A DNA stretch of 64,000 nucleotides. Origin: an uncultured Eubacteriales bacterium (GTDB lineage: Bacteria; Bacillota; Clostridia; Oscillospirales; CAG-272). Location: assembly GCA_900542425.1 (NCBI GenBank), contig UQNQ01000001.1, positions 64,541 through 128,540 on the forward strand. Reading direction: 5' to 3'. The first letter of the stretch is position 1. Each line of letters opens with the position of its first letter. The notes under the pieces are model-generated. The model had not been told where the DNA came from and did not search any database. It saw nothing but the letters and a program-made list of their open reading frames with translations. The position numbers and the translations under genes are program-made. Positions 54,901 through 64,000 of this stretch are shown here, in pieces.

Positions 54901-57207
54901 TCAAAGAGACAGAAGATGACAAGCACCGATGGAAGACATCGTGTTTTTCTCCCGTTCATGGCAAGTGAACAGGATACTTTGAAAATTACGTTCGGAGTAT
55001 TTGAAAATAAGAGAAAGGATTTTAGCAAGCCTTGTGTCATCCATGCGTACAAAGCTTTCATCAAACAAAAACGGAGGCACCGATTTTTTATATAGAAGCT
55101 CGATCAAAGCAATTCTCAGGCAGATATATGCGAGATCTCCCGTACCTGCGCTGAAATAAGACGCATCCCGCATAGCGGTCCCGTCTGAAAAGGATAGCCC
55201 AAAATCCAAATCAACACCGATTTTTGAATATTTGCCGTCCGTCAGTGCACTCATGAGTTTTTCGGCACTTTTGGCGATTTTCGGAGAAATTCCTTCCCGA
55301 AGCTTTCCGCTGGCGCTCTCCAGAGATTCAATGGCGAGCATATAAGCGTTCCATTTTGCGGTCAATTGTTTGATTTCTTCATTGAGTGCTACCTTTTGCT
55401 CAGCAAGCTCGGTTGGCTTGATGGTGATATGAGAAAGTGCAGCAAGCTCGACTTCAATTTGATGAAGTTTGTCCGTTTGAGAAGCAATGGCACCGCTTAG
55501 GAATTCACTTTCGCGTTTTTTGGCGGCAAGTGGAAAATGCTCCATCGCCTCTTCATCATATTCATCCAGACAAGCTTCTTTTAGGTATTCTTTGGGATAT
55601 ACCGAAAGAGATTGCTCGATTTCATCAATTTTATTTTTTTGCTCTTCACAAATGGTTTCAAGTTTTGTGATTTCGGTTCTTGCAGCACGGCAGACGGCAA
55701 TTGCCTCCGAAAGGGAGACGGCGGTATTGCCGGATATCTCAAACCCGTCTTTCCCGAGCACATCAAGGATAGAAGAGCTAATTTCCTCGAGCCGTTCGGA
55801 TGCCGCAGAAAATTTATCGTTTGCTTCATCACGTGCGCCGGTGATAAACACCATATAAGCCTCGTCTTCCGATGCCGCGCGGACAAGTTCCTCAAACTCG
55901 TCATAATTCCGGCATCCGAATTTAGAACAAATGGTATGAATATCAGAAGCAGGCTTGTTTTTTCGGATAAAAAAGAAAACGGCAACAAGAAAAGCTACAA
56001 GAGCAACGCCGCCTATTACATAGGAAACAACAGGTGTCTTGTCCAGCATGAAGTAGAGAATAGCCGCGGCCGCCGCCATCACGCCGGCAAGAATCAAAAA
56101 TCCGATTGCAAATCTGGAAGCGGAATTTAGTTCACGCCGCAGATCGCGCATTTTGGAAATCAGTTCATTGCGTTGTTTACCGCCGCCGTTGGCGCCAAAG
56201 CGCTCAAAAATAGCAAGCTTTTCACTCATCTCGGAAAGCTTTTGATTGGCGCTTGCAAGCTCTGCTTCCGCATCGGTATATCGGGAAGTGGCAAGCTCAA
56301 GCTCGTTTTGCTTTTTTTCAAGAACTGCGATATAGGCATCATCGGAGATATCCCGTCCGCCGTGTTCGGGCGGAGATTTTTTCGATGCTAATGTTTCTTC
56401 TGTTTCGATAAGGCGTGCTTTTTCTGCCTTGCGCTTTTGATATGCTTTTTTTACGGTATATCGTTCATATTGCTTCAGATCTTTCTGAACTTGTTCAAGC
56501 TGCTTTTCGGATTCTTCTTTTTTCTCCGAAAGCTGACGTCGGGTCCCTTCAAGATAAATGACATCTCCGCTCGCTTTTTTTGCCGTTTCCAGTGCCTCTT
56601 CCGTTTCATCCCGCATATGCTCAAGCTCGGCAATTTTTCCGCCGCGCCGATTTTTATGAAGGAGAAAAACTCTAGCACTGTCAAGCTTGGCAATGGCTTT
56701 TTTTGTATTGATGCTTTCGTTGGCGGAAAACAGAATATTTTCTGCTTCTTCACCGAGTGTATGTCCGCCGACCTTGCTGTCCGCAGTTTGCCGTATATAA
56801 ACAGTGTTGTCAAACACCGTTTCGGATACGCCGAAGAACACTTCGCCCGGAGATTGTCCTTTTAAACAGGCGAGATTGGTTTCAGCGTCATAGACAGTGC
56901 ATTTTTCAGGATAGGATGATTTACCGTCGGCAGAAGTAACACGGATGACTTCCCGTTCAATGCGGTACCGCTTGCCTGCATCGGAAAAAGTCAGTGTGCC
57001 TGCAGCACGGGAATCCCGAAAACTTATGGCGTGCGCTTTTTCTTCCGGCTTTGAAGGAAGTCCGTAAAACATAAATTTGATAAATCCGCATATCGTGGAT
57101 TTCCCTGATTCATTGGCGCCCTCGACGATATTGACACCGTCGGAAAATTGGTAGGTTTTATCCGACAAAGCGCCGAAGCTTGCGATATACAGATGCTCAA
57201 AAATCAT
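54901..57207 (-). CDS. YhaN-like Rad50/SMC-type AAA ATPase with a central predicted TM hairpin
   Basis: N-terminal head GANESGKST (Walker A), long coiled-coil stretches, and two hydrophobic helices (FAIGFLILAGVMAAAAAILYFML and VVSYVIGGVALVAFLVAVFFFI). The C-terminal head has SAGTGDLAYICLRIAL and PPFLFDE. Confidence 0.8.
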   Translation of the reverse strand: MIFEHLYIASFGALSDKTYQFSDGVNIVEGANESGKSTICGFIKFMFYGLPSKPEEKAHAISFRDSRAAGTLTFSDAGKRYRIEREVIRVTSADGKSSYPEKCTVYDAETNLACLKGQSPGEVFFGVSETVFDNTVYIRQTADSKVGGHTLGEEAENILFSANESINTKKAIAKLDSARVFLLHKNRRGGKIAELEHMRDETEEALETAKKASGDVIYLEGTRRQLSEKKEESEKQLEQVQKDLKQYERYTVKKAYQKRKAEKARLIETEETLASKKSPPEHGGRDISDDAYIAVLEKKQNELELATSRYTDAEAELASANQKLSEMSEKLAIFERFGANGGGKQRNELISKMRDLRRELNSASRFAIGFLILAGVMAAAAAILYFMLDKTPVVSYVIGGVALVAFLVAVFFFIRKNKPASDIHTICSKFGCRNYDEFEELVRAASEDEAYMVFITGARDEANDKFSAASERLEEISSSILDVLGKDGFEISGNTAVSLSEAIAVCRAARTEITKLETICEEQKNKIDEIEQSLSVYPKEYLKEACLDEYDEEAMEHFPLAAKKRESEFLSGAIASQTDKLHQIEVELAALSHITIKPTELAEQKVALNEEIKQLTAKWNAYMLAIESLESASGKLREGISPKIAKSAEKLMSALTDGKYSKIGVDLDFGLSFSDGTAMRDASYFSAGTGDLAYICLRIALIELLYKKSVPPFLFDESFVRMDDTRLAKILSLIFKYSERNFQSILFTCHEREKNTMSSIGACHLLSL

Positions 57208-57229
57208 TTTGACCTCCTTTATCGGGCAT

Positions 57230-57763
57230 TTATGATTCGTTTTTAGAATGCTCTTTTTTCCGGTATGCCCGAATGAAAGGCTTTTCCATCAATCGCTTGA
57301 ATTTGAAAAAAAGATTTTCCTTGTAAGGCAGCGGTGTTACCAATACGGCGAACGCTCCCGCGCGCCGTGCACAAAAAACATCCGTAAAAATCTGATCTCC
57401 GATTACGGCGATTTCTTTTGGTGCCACCCCAAAATGATGAGATGCGGCAAGTACCGCCCGTGGAGAGGGCTTGCCGCTTTTGTAGGTGACAAAAACGGAG
57501 AGTGTCCGATTGAAACGCTCCACCCGTTCTTTATTATTATTGGAAGCAATAGCAACGGAAATTCCGTTTTCCCGCAGACGAGAGATCCATTTTGCGACTT
57601 CTTCCGTCGGCTCCGGCATGCCATAGGTGACGAGCGTGTTGTCGATATCAAGAACAACGGCGTGCAGTCCATGCGATAACAGATATTCCGGTGTAATGTC
57701 AAGGATACTTTCAAACATGATGTCGGGTATGAACGGATGGGTTTTTCCTTTTCCATTCTTCAC
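57230..57763 (-). CDS. yqeG: YqeG-family HAD-IIIA phosphatase
   Basis: VVLDIDNTL, SNNNKERV, GKPSP and GDQIFTDV. GTG start. Confidence 0.85.
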   Translation of the reverse strand: MKNGKGKTHPFIPDIMFESILDITPEYLLSHGLHAVVLDIDNTLVTYGMPEPTEEVAKWISRLRENGISVAIASNNNKERVERFNRTLSVFVTYKSGKPSPRAVLAASHHFGVAPKEIAVIGDQIFTDVFCARRAGAFAVLVTPLPYKENLFFKFKRLMEKPFIRAYRKKEHSKNES

Positions 57764-57793
57764 GGCTTGATTCCGCCTTTCCGTATGTATGTT

Positions 57794-58720
57794 TTATCCG
57801 GCAAGTCCCTCGGCAACGCCGATAAGGATGATACCCGCGATAATCACCGCTACAATTTTATATTGATCGGCTGAGAGCTTTTCCTTCAAAAAGAGTCGTG
57901 ACAGAATCACGGATACGATACAATAGGCGGCAATCATCGGTGCCGCTACGGCGCCGTTTCCGCTCATGGCATAAACGTAGAAAAATTGTCCGGCGGTCTC
58001 AAATACTGCCGCTCCTGCCCGTGCGCCCTGATAGTGAATACCGATTTTTTGCTTTTTCAATTTCAGGAAAATAAAGATTATAATTGCACAGAAGAGAAAA
58101 GTCAGCTCATACGAAATATTCGCTACGTTTTCGAAATTTTCTTCTGTTACACCGACGAGAGGTGTTTTGTTAAAGTCGTCAAGATAATAGGCATCAAAGA
58201 AAGTTCCCAATGCGTCAATAATGCAGTATAAAATCGGCATCATAAACGCCACAAAGCCGATTTTGTACTTTTTATTGTTCAAAGCTTCGTATTCGTCTTC
58301 TTTCTTTTTCTCCAGGATTCCAAGCACAACCACGCCGAGACAGACAAGAATGACGCCGGTGGAGGTTAAGATATCCATCGTATCGCCGAGAAAGATAAGA
58401 CAAAGCAGACAAGCGACGGCACCTGATGCATTCTGCACAGGCGAAGATATGGAAAGCTCCAGATAACGAAGTCCGAAATAACCGATCGTCATGGAGGCAA
58501 TATACATGACAGATACCGGCAGATAGACAAGAATGTTATAAAAATTATAATTGACATCTGTAAAAAGGATCATGCAAATAGCATGAATTCCCATGACTAC
58601 GCCGACCATCATTGTCGTTTTAAGGTGACTATACCGATCTGCTTCATCGGCGCCCTTTTTATAAAAAAGATCGGCAGATCCCCATGCAAGCATGGTAATA
58701 AGTGCAAAAACAAACCACAT
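57794..58720 (-). CDS. DMT-superfamily (EamA-like) transporter
   Basis: About 10 TM with a duplicated EamA-like architecture and N-terminus FALITMLAWGSADLFYKKG. Confidence 0.75.
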   Translation of the reverse strand: MWFVFALITMLAWGSADLFYKKGADEADRYSHLKTTMMVGVVMGIHAICMILFTDVNYNFYNILVYLPVSVMYIASMTIGYFGLRYLELSISSPVQNASGAVACLLCLIFLGDTMDILTSTGVILVCLGVVVLGILEKKKEDEYEALNNKKYKIGFVAFMMPILYCIIDALGTFFDAYYLDDFNKTPLVGVTEENFENVANISYELTFLFCAIIIFIFLKLKKQKIGIHYQGARAGAAVFETAGQFFYVYAMSGNGAVAAPMIAAYCIVSVILSRLFLKEKLSADQYKIVAVIIAGIILIGVAEGLAG

Positions 58721-58757
58721 AAGATAAAAATCTCCTGTCAGGATTCATGATATCAAT

Positions 58758-58786
58758 ATATTATCATTTTTGGACTTGAAGTGCAA
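58758..58786 (-). promoter_or_regulatory. Promoter candidate (TTGCAC-17-TAATAT) for the DMT transporter
   Basis: Reverse-complement hexamers at 58781-58786 and 58758-58763. Confidence 0.45.
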
Positions 58787-58821
58787 GAGATTTTTACAAT
58801 TTTTTTGGAACTACTCGAAAT

Positions 58822-58850
58822 TTGACAAATATACTGCGGTGTGGTATTCT
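58822..58850 (+). promoter_or_regulatory. Promoter candidate (TTGACA-17-TGgTATTCT) for the deacetylase gene
   Basis: TTGACA at 58822-58827 and an extended -10 ending at 58850. Confidence 0.45.
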
Positions 58851-58937
58851 ATATTACAATATGCGGATTTTATTTGTAAGAGAAACGTAAATTTCGTACT
58901 GGCGGAAAATCCGGAATATTCGGTCGTGGAGGATGCT

Positions 58938-59630
58938 ATGTGGAACGGGAAGAAAAAAGCGGTTACGTTCAGTTATGACGACGGTGTAACACAAGACAAG
59001 CGCTTTATGGAAATTTTGAATCGTTTCGGCTTGAAGGCGACGTTCAATCTCAATTCGGCGCTACTTGGCAAAGAAGGATCTTTGATCCGTAACGGTGTGA
59101 CGGTGAACCATACCAAAATAAAACCGGAGGATGTGCGTGCCGTTTATGACGGACATGAGGTAGCTGCCCATACACTGACGCATCCGGCGCTTCGTAATTT
59201 ACCGGATGAGGAAGTGATTCGTCAGACGGAGGAGGACAGAGAGGCACTTTCTGCATTGTGCGGTTATGAGGTCATCGGAATGGCGTATCCCGGAGGAGGC
59301 GTCAATCACGACGTGCGTGTGGAGCAGTTGATAAGAGAAAAAACGGGTATCCGTTATGCACGCACAACGGATGCTAACGGCAGTTTTGCACTTCAGAAGG
59401 ACTTTTTTGCTTTTGCACCGACAGTCTATCATTTGGAAACGGACAAAATGTTTGCGCTTGGTGAGGAGTTCCTCATGGCTGACACGGACGAGCAGCAGCT
59501 TTTTTATATTTGGGGTCATTCGTATGAATTTGACGCATGGGATTTTTGGGAAAGGTTTGAGGATTTTTGCCGTATGATAAGCGGGCATGATGACATTTTT
59601 TACGGGACAAACAGGGAAGTGCTGTTATGA
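58938..59630 (+). CDS. Polysaccharide deacetylase (CE4) family protein
   Basis: VTFSYDDG (TFDDG-like) and HEVAAHTLTHP (H-x4-H). ATG 58938 sits 5 nt after GGAGG. Confidence 0.8.
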   Translation: MWNGKKKAVTFSYDDGVTQDKRFMEILNRFGLKATFNLNSALLGKEGSLIRNGVTVNHTKIKPEDVRAVYDGHEVAAHTLTHPALRNLPDEEVIRQTEEDREALSALCGYEVIGMAYPGGGVNHDVRVEQLIREKTGIRYARTTDANGSFALQKDFFAFAPTVYHLETDKMFALGEEFLMADTDEQQLFYIWGHSYEFDAWDFWERFEDFCRMISGHDDIFYGTNREVLL

Positions 59631-59666
59631 AAAATGAGAAAGCATAATACCTGCGGGCATTTTTAT

Positions 59667-59700
59667 GAAGAAAGGACTTCCTTATGGAAGTCCTTTCTTC
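59667..59700. terminator. Bidirectional terminator between convergent genes
   Basis: GAAGAAAGGACTTCC ttat GGAAGTCCTTTCTTC forms a 15-bp perfect stem. Confidence 0.8.
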
Positions 59701-59711
59701 ATAAAAATATG

Positions 59712-60887
59712 TTATAACCCCTTTAATGTTTCCATCACATAATTGCCGAACGCTTCACAGGTCGCGCCCGTGTCGCGTCCGGTGATGACGAGCTTTTTCT
59801 CTTCAAAGGTACAGATGTCAAGTGCACGCTCAAGCTTTGCGGCACGGTCCTGCAGTCCTATGTGAGAAAGCAGCATGACGCAGGCGCGCAACATGGAGCT
59901 GGGGTCGGCGTATTTGCCGCGTCCCTCTGTTATCATACGAGGCGCGGAGCCGTGAATCGCTTCAAACATTGCGTATTTTTTCCCGATGTTGGCGCAGCCG
60001 GCAGTACCTACTCCGCCTTGGAATTCCGCTGCTTCATCGGAGATAATGTCGCCGTAAAGGTTCGGCAGCAGGAGCACTTGAAAATCGCGGCGGCGTTTTT
60101 TATCCACAAGTTTTGCTGTCATGATATCGGCATACCATTCATCTGTTGTAATTTCGGGATAAAGTGCCGCTACCTTATGGCAGTCCTCAAGAAAATTGCC
60201 GTCGGTCGTTTTGATGACATTTGCCTTGGTGACAAGCGATACGCGGGTAAAGCCATTTTTACGCGCATAATCATAAGCGAGTTTTGCGATTCGGTCGGAG
60301 CCCTGTTTTGTGGTTATGGTAAAATCGACTGCGAGGTCTTCCGTTACATTGAAGCCGGAGGAGCCGACGGCATAGCCGCCCTCTGTATTTTCACGGAAAA
60401 TTGTCCAGTTGATGCCCTCCTCCGGTACCTTGACCGGGCGGATGTTGGCGAACAGGTCAAGCGCCTTGCGCATAGCGACGTTGGCGGATTCGATATTCGG
60501 CATGCCGCTGCCTTTCTGCGGCGTGGTTGTCGGACCTTTCAGGATGATATGGCAGGCTTTGAGCGCTTCCATCACGTCATCGGGGATGCCCTTGCCGGCT
60601 GCAATGCGGTTTTCAAGCGTCAATCCCTCAATATCGACAAATTGAATCTTTCCCGATGCGACAAGGTCTGAGAGGATATATTCCAATACGCGGCGCGCCT
60701 CCGCGGAAATGATAGGGCCGATGCCGTCGCCGCCGCATACGCCGATTTTAATGGTATCAAGCGTGCTGTAATCGACAAAATCTCCCTGTGCTTTCATATC
60801 CTCCACGCGTCGGAGCTGTCCTTCCAGAATTTTTTTGAATTTTTCAGCCGCGGCATCCAGTGCCGCAGTATAAGCGGTATTTTCCAT
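59712..60887 (-). CDS. icd: Isocitrate dehydrogenase (isocitrate/isopropylmalate dehydrogenase family)
   Basis: Beta-decarboxylating dehydrogenase blocks (NLYGDIISDEAA, GSAPRM). The assignment to isocitrate rests on adjacency to aconitase and the citrate-synthase-like gene. Confidence 0.75.
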   Translation of the reverse strand: MENTAYTAALDAAAEKFKKILEGQLRRVEDMKAQGDFVDYSTLDTIKIGVCGGDGIGPIISAEARRVLEYILSDLVASGKIQFVDIEGLTLENRIAAGKGIPDDVMEALKACHIILKGPTTTPQKGSGMPNIESANVAMRKALDLFANIRPVKVPEEGINWTIFRENTEGGYAVGSSGFNVTEDLAVDFTITTKQGSDRIAKLAYDYARKNGFTRVSLVTKANVIKTTDGNFLEDCHKVAALYPEITTDEWYADIMTAKLVDKKRRRDFQVLLLPNLYGDIISDEAAEFQGGVGTAGCANIGKKYAMFEAIHGSAPRMITEGRGKYADPSSMLRACVMLLSHIGLQDRAAKLERALDICTFEEKKLVITGRDTGATCEAFGNYVMETLKGL

Positions 60888-60905
60888 GATTTCTGTCCTT
60901 TCTTA

Positions 60906-62840
60906 TTATTTTCCGTTTGCTTTGGTATAGTTCAGCAGTCCGCCGGCAGAGAGAATCGCGCGCTGGCGCGGTGTAAAGGAGAGACGCAGCGGAATTTTCG
61001 CACCGTTTGTCCTGTCTTCGAGAATCACGGTATCCGCTGTCGCGACCGCTTCGGCGAAGCCGGAAATGGCAAGCTCGTCGCCCTCGGCGATTTTGTCATA
61101 ATCAGCAGGATCATCAAAGGTCATAGGCACGATGCCGAAGTTAATGAGATTTGCCACATGAATGCGTGCGAAGCTTTTGGCGATGACCGCTTTCACACCG
61201 AGGTACAGAGGTACGAGTGCCGCATGTTCACGGGAGGAGCCCTGTCCGTAATTTGTGCCGCCGACAACGATGCCGCCGCCTTCTTTTTTCGCGCGCTCAG
61301 GAAAGTTCTTGTCGCATACCGTGAAGCAAAATTCGGAAAGCTTGGGCACATTGGAGCGGTAGGGGAGAATCTTTGTTCCTGCCGGCATGATATGGTCAGT
61401 CGTAATGTTGTCTCCGACTTTTAGAATCAGTTTGCAGGTTAGATCTTTTTCCGGCGCTTTGCCGACGGGGATCGGTTTGATGTTCGGACCGCGTTCGACG
61501 ACGATATCAGCCGCTTGCTCAGGTGCGGCGGGCATTTCAATCAGATTGTCATGGATGAGAAAATGAGAAGGAATATGGATATCCGGTGCTTTTCCTAGGG
61601 TGCGCGGGTCTGTGAGCGTACCGGTAAGCGCGGATACGGCAGCGGTTTCGGGCGAAACAAGATAAACTTTGGCGTCCGCTGTTCCGCTGCGCGCCTCAAA
61701 ATTGCGGTTGAAAGTACGAAGGGAGACACCGCCGGACTTTGGTGAAAAGCCCATTCCGATGCAGGGACCGCACGCGCATTCGAGAATGCGTGCTCCGGCA
61801 TCAATGAGATCGGCAAGCGCGCCGCATTCCGCGAGCATCGTATATACTTGCTTTGAGCCGGGAGAAATAGAGAGACTTACGTCCGGATGAATGGTTTTTC
61901 CCTTTAAGATCGCTGCGACAGTAAGCAGGTCGAGCATGGAGGAATTGGTACAGGAGCCAATGCAGACCTGAGAAATCGCCATGCCGGCAATTTCCGAAAC
62001 CGGGCGGACATTGCCCGGACTGTGCGGACATGCGGCAAGCGGAACAAGGGTGGAAAGGTCGATGGTATATGTCTCGTCGTAGACTGCATCCGCATCCGGC
62101 GTGAGAGGAACAAAATCCTTTTCTCTGTCCTGCGCTGCAAGAAAAGCGTGCGTGATTTCGTCGGAAGGGAAAAGAGAACTCGTCGCGCCAAGTTCCGCTC
62201 CCATATTGGTAATGGTTGCCCTCTGCGGTACGGAAAGCGTTTTCACTCCTTCGCCACCGTACTCAAGAATGGCGCCGACGCCGCCCTTGACGTCCAGCCT
62301 GCGAAGGACCTCGAGGATGATATCCTTAGCGCCGACATAGTCGGGAAGTTTGCCGGTAAGCTCAATGCGGATACTTTTCGGCATGGTGATATAATAGGTG
62401 CCGCCGCCCATTGCGACCGCAACATCAAGTCCGCCGGCACCCATGCCGAGCATCCCGATGCCGCCCGCTGTCGGCGTGTGACTGTCAGAACCGATGAGCG
62501 TTTTCCCAGGCACAGCAAAGCGTTCAAGATGAACCTGATGGCAGATTCCGTTGCCGGGGCGTGAGAAGCGAATGCCGTGCTTTTTTGTCACGGTTTGAAT
62601 ATAGCGATGATCATCGGCATTTTCAAAGCCTGCCTGGAGTGTGTTGTGATCAATATAGGCAACGGAAAGTTCCGTTTTGACACGATCTGTTCCCATCGCT
62701 TCAAATTGCAGATACGCCATTGTACCGGTGGCGTCCTGTGTTAATGTTTGGTCGATGCGAAGTCCGATTTCCGCACCGGGTTTCATTTCACCCGAGACAA
62801 GATGGTTTTTGATGATTTTCTGAGCGATTGTGTATCCCAT
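60906..62840 (-). CDS. Aconitate hydratase (aconitase family, about 640-aa type)
   Basis: Fe-S ligand contexts GSDSHT and IGSCTNS, plus CGPCIG and a swivel domain with NYGQGSSREHAA. Confidence 0.9.
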   Translation of the reverse strand: MGYTIAQKIIKNHLVSGEMKPGAEIGLRIDQTLTQDATGTMAYLQFEAMGTDRVKTELSVAYIDHNTLQAGFENADDHRYIQTVTKKHGIRFSRPGNGICHQVHLERFAVPGKTLIGSDSHTPTAGGIGMLGMGAGGLDVAVAMGGGTYYITMPKSIRIELTGKLPDYVGAKDIILEVLRRLDVKGGVGAILEYGGEGVKTLSVPQRATITNMGAELGATSSLFPSDEITHAFLAAQDREKDFVPLTPDADAVYDETYTIDLSTLVPLAACPHSPGNVRPVSEIAGMAISQVCIGSCTNSSMLDLLTVAAILKGKTIHPDVSLSISPGSKQVYTMLAECGALADLIDAGARILECACGPCIGMGFSPKSGGVSLRTFNRNFEARSGTADAKVYLVSPETAAVSALTGTLTDPRTLGKAPDIHIPSHFLIHDNLIEMPAAPEQAADIVVERGPNIKPIPVGKAPEKDLTCKLILKVGDNITTDHIMPAGTKILPYRSNVPKLSEFCFTVCDKNFPERAKKEGGGIVVGGTNYGQGSSREHAALVPLYLGVKAVIAKSFARIHVANLINFGIVPMTFDDPADYDKIAEGDELAISGFAEAVATADTVILEDRTNGAKIPLRLSFTPRQRAILSAGGLLNYTKANGK

Positions 62841-62843
62841 GGT

Positions 62844-63515
62844 TCAATCCTTTCTATTGTTATCGTTTTTCAGTGCCAGAAGCATATTGGAAAGCGCGCG
62901 TTCTACATGTGCCGAAGTGAGCCGCTCGGCGGCATCCGCGTCAGAGCGAAGAATGGCGTCGAGAATTTCACGGTGTTCTTCAACTGATTTTTCAAGTCTT
63001 CCCGGAACGGTCAGAGAAAGCTTCCGGTATGCTTTGATGTTTCGGTGGAGTTCCGACAGAATCCGGCAGAGAATCCGGCTGCCGCACGCCCGGTAAATCT
63101 CTCCGTGAAATGTCGTATCAAGTTCCTTGAGGTGTTCGGGGTCTTGTTTTTGCAGATAAAATTCCGAGAGCTCGACCGATTCTGAAAGGGCCTTTTTCCC
63201 TTCTGAGGTCATTTTTACAGCTGCCATAGCTGCGGCAAGTCCTTCTAGCCGCATCCGAATGCGATAAATATCGATAAGGTCGTCGATTGTAACACCGACA
63301 ACGACGGCTCCGCGGTTCGGAGAAACCTCAATAAGCCCCTCTTCGGCAAGCCGATGGAGTGCGCCGCGCACCGGCGTGCGGCTGACGCCGAGCTTTTCTG
63401 AGATACCAAGCTCTGTTAATGCCTCTCCCTTTTTCAGGTCTCCTGAAAGAATCGCTTCTTCCAATTCTGCGTATACTCTTGCTTCTAAGGAAGAGGTGTC
63501 CTTGTTGATAATCAT
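62844..63515 (-). CDS. GntR-family transcriptional regulator (FadR/FCD subfamily)
   Basis: N-terminal wHTH LTELGISEKLGVSRTPVRGALHRLAEEGLI and a C-terminal all-helical FCD-like domain. Confidence 0.9.
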   Translation of the reverse strand: MIINKDTSSLEARVYAELEEAILSGDLKKGEALTELGISEKLGVSRTPVRGALHRLAEEGLIEVSPNRGAVVVGVTIDDLIDIYRIRMRLEGLAAAMAAVKMTSEGKKALSESVELSEFYLQKQDPEHLKELDTTFHGEIYRACGSRILCRILSELHRNIKAYRKLSLTVPGRLEKSVEEHREILDAILRSDADAAERLTSAHVERALSNMLLALKNDNNRKD

Positions 63516-63546
63516 ATGATTTCCCTCACATTATCGCGTTTTTCGC

Positions 63547-64000
63547 TTACGGCTCCTGAAAGCGTCCGGGGGCAAGTGTGTCAATGATTTCAAGCAGCTC
63601 CTCCTCGCTCATAACCGTTGTGCGGCCATCTGTATACTGACTGTCGATTTGTTCTTTCATCCGCAGAACCAAGGCATCCTGCTTGGTAAGCATTTCTTCA
63701 GGGGTAAGCCTGAAATGTGTGTTAATCCAATAGGCGATGCCCGCGAGTCCTGAAGTGTTGGATATGGCAACCTCAGCAGGACGATTCAGAATTTTCTCCG
63801 TATTGAATATATTGTAAATTTCGGCATCTTTCATCAGTCCATCGGCATGAATGCCCGCTTTTGTTACATTAAAGTTCTCGCCGACAAATGGTGTCATGGG
63901 AGGAATATCATAGCCGATTTCTTTTCGGTAATATTCCGAGATTTCCGTGATGACCGTCGGGTCCATACCATCAAAGGTACCGCGCAGAGAGGCATATTCG
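63547..64000 (-). CDS. C-terminal part of a homocitrate/isopropylmalate-synthase-family enzyme, probable Re-citrate synthase (5' part outside the window)
   Basis: The frame is open to the window edge. The LeuA/NifV-family C-terminal region includes TKAGIHADGLMKD. The clustering with aconitase and IDH matches the clostridial Re-citrate synthase arrangement, which is an inference. Confidence 0.6.
   Translation of the reverse strand, partial: EYASLRGTFDGMDPTVITEISEYYRKEIGYDIPPMTPFVGENFNVTKAGIHADGLMKDAEIYNIFNTEKILNRPAEVAISNTSGLAGIAYWINTHFRLTPEEMLTKQDALVLRMKEQIDSQYTDGRTTVMSEEELLEIIDTLAPGRFQEP

Noticed and set aside
59862-60671. A 269-aa plus-strand ORF antisense to icd. Similar cases are 33214-33993 (antisense to pfp), 22074-22838, 20301-20930, 17167-17877 and 46188-46835.
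   Set aside because: Each is nested in a gene with clear family motifs. None has recognisable domains or a ribosome-binding site.

Overview
This 64-kb chromosomal window looks like a spore-forming Firmicutes/Clostridia-type genome. Markers are yunB, mecA, long-form hpf, addB, an ECF S-component, family-4 UDG, and a Re-citrate-synthase/GntR/aconitase/IDH cluster. It holds about 60 tightly packed protein genes, many joined by ATGA stop/start overlaps, and most are housekeeping: rimO-pgsA, a type IIA topoisomerase pair, addB, the TIGR03960/TIGR03936 radical-SAM pair, hslO, PPi-PFK, trpS, acpP, nusB-xseA-xseB-ispA, rlmD, hpf and yqeG. I saw no rRNA, tRNA, CRISPR array, transposase, integrase or phage gene, and no convincing multi-gene defence or mobile system. 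Five regions are the most unusual. (1) At 2.9-7.5 kb, three monocistronic lipoproteins carry Ser/Thr-rich linkers: an orphan LplA-type solute-binding protein plus two paralogues of an unassigned domain, one with an 18-bp coding tandem repeat. (2) At 25.7-28.4 kb an ECF sigma factor, a coupled membrane protein and a lipoprotein serpin form one module. (3) At 2.52-2.79 kb a roughly 200-nt structured RNA candidate ends in a strand-specific terminator and may be 6S-like. (4) A Rad50/SMC-like ATPase carries a predicted transmembrane hairpin mid-coiled-coil and has no nuclease partner. (5) addB has no addA downstream. Smaller oddities include a pseudo-receiver OmpR-type regulator, a perfect 14-bp inverted repeat with a C-rich loop between mecA and trpS, and an aph(3')-like gene beside an AT-rich islet. 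All functional calls come from motif recognition by eye. No database search or RNA folding was run.
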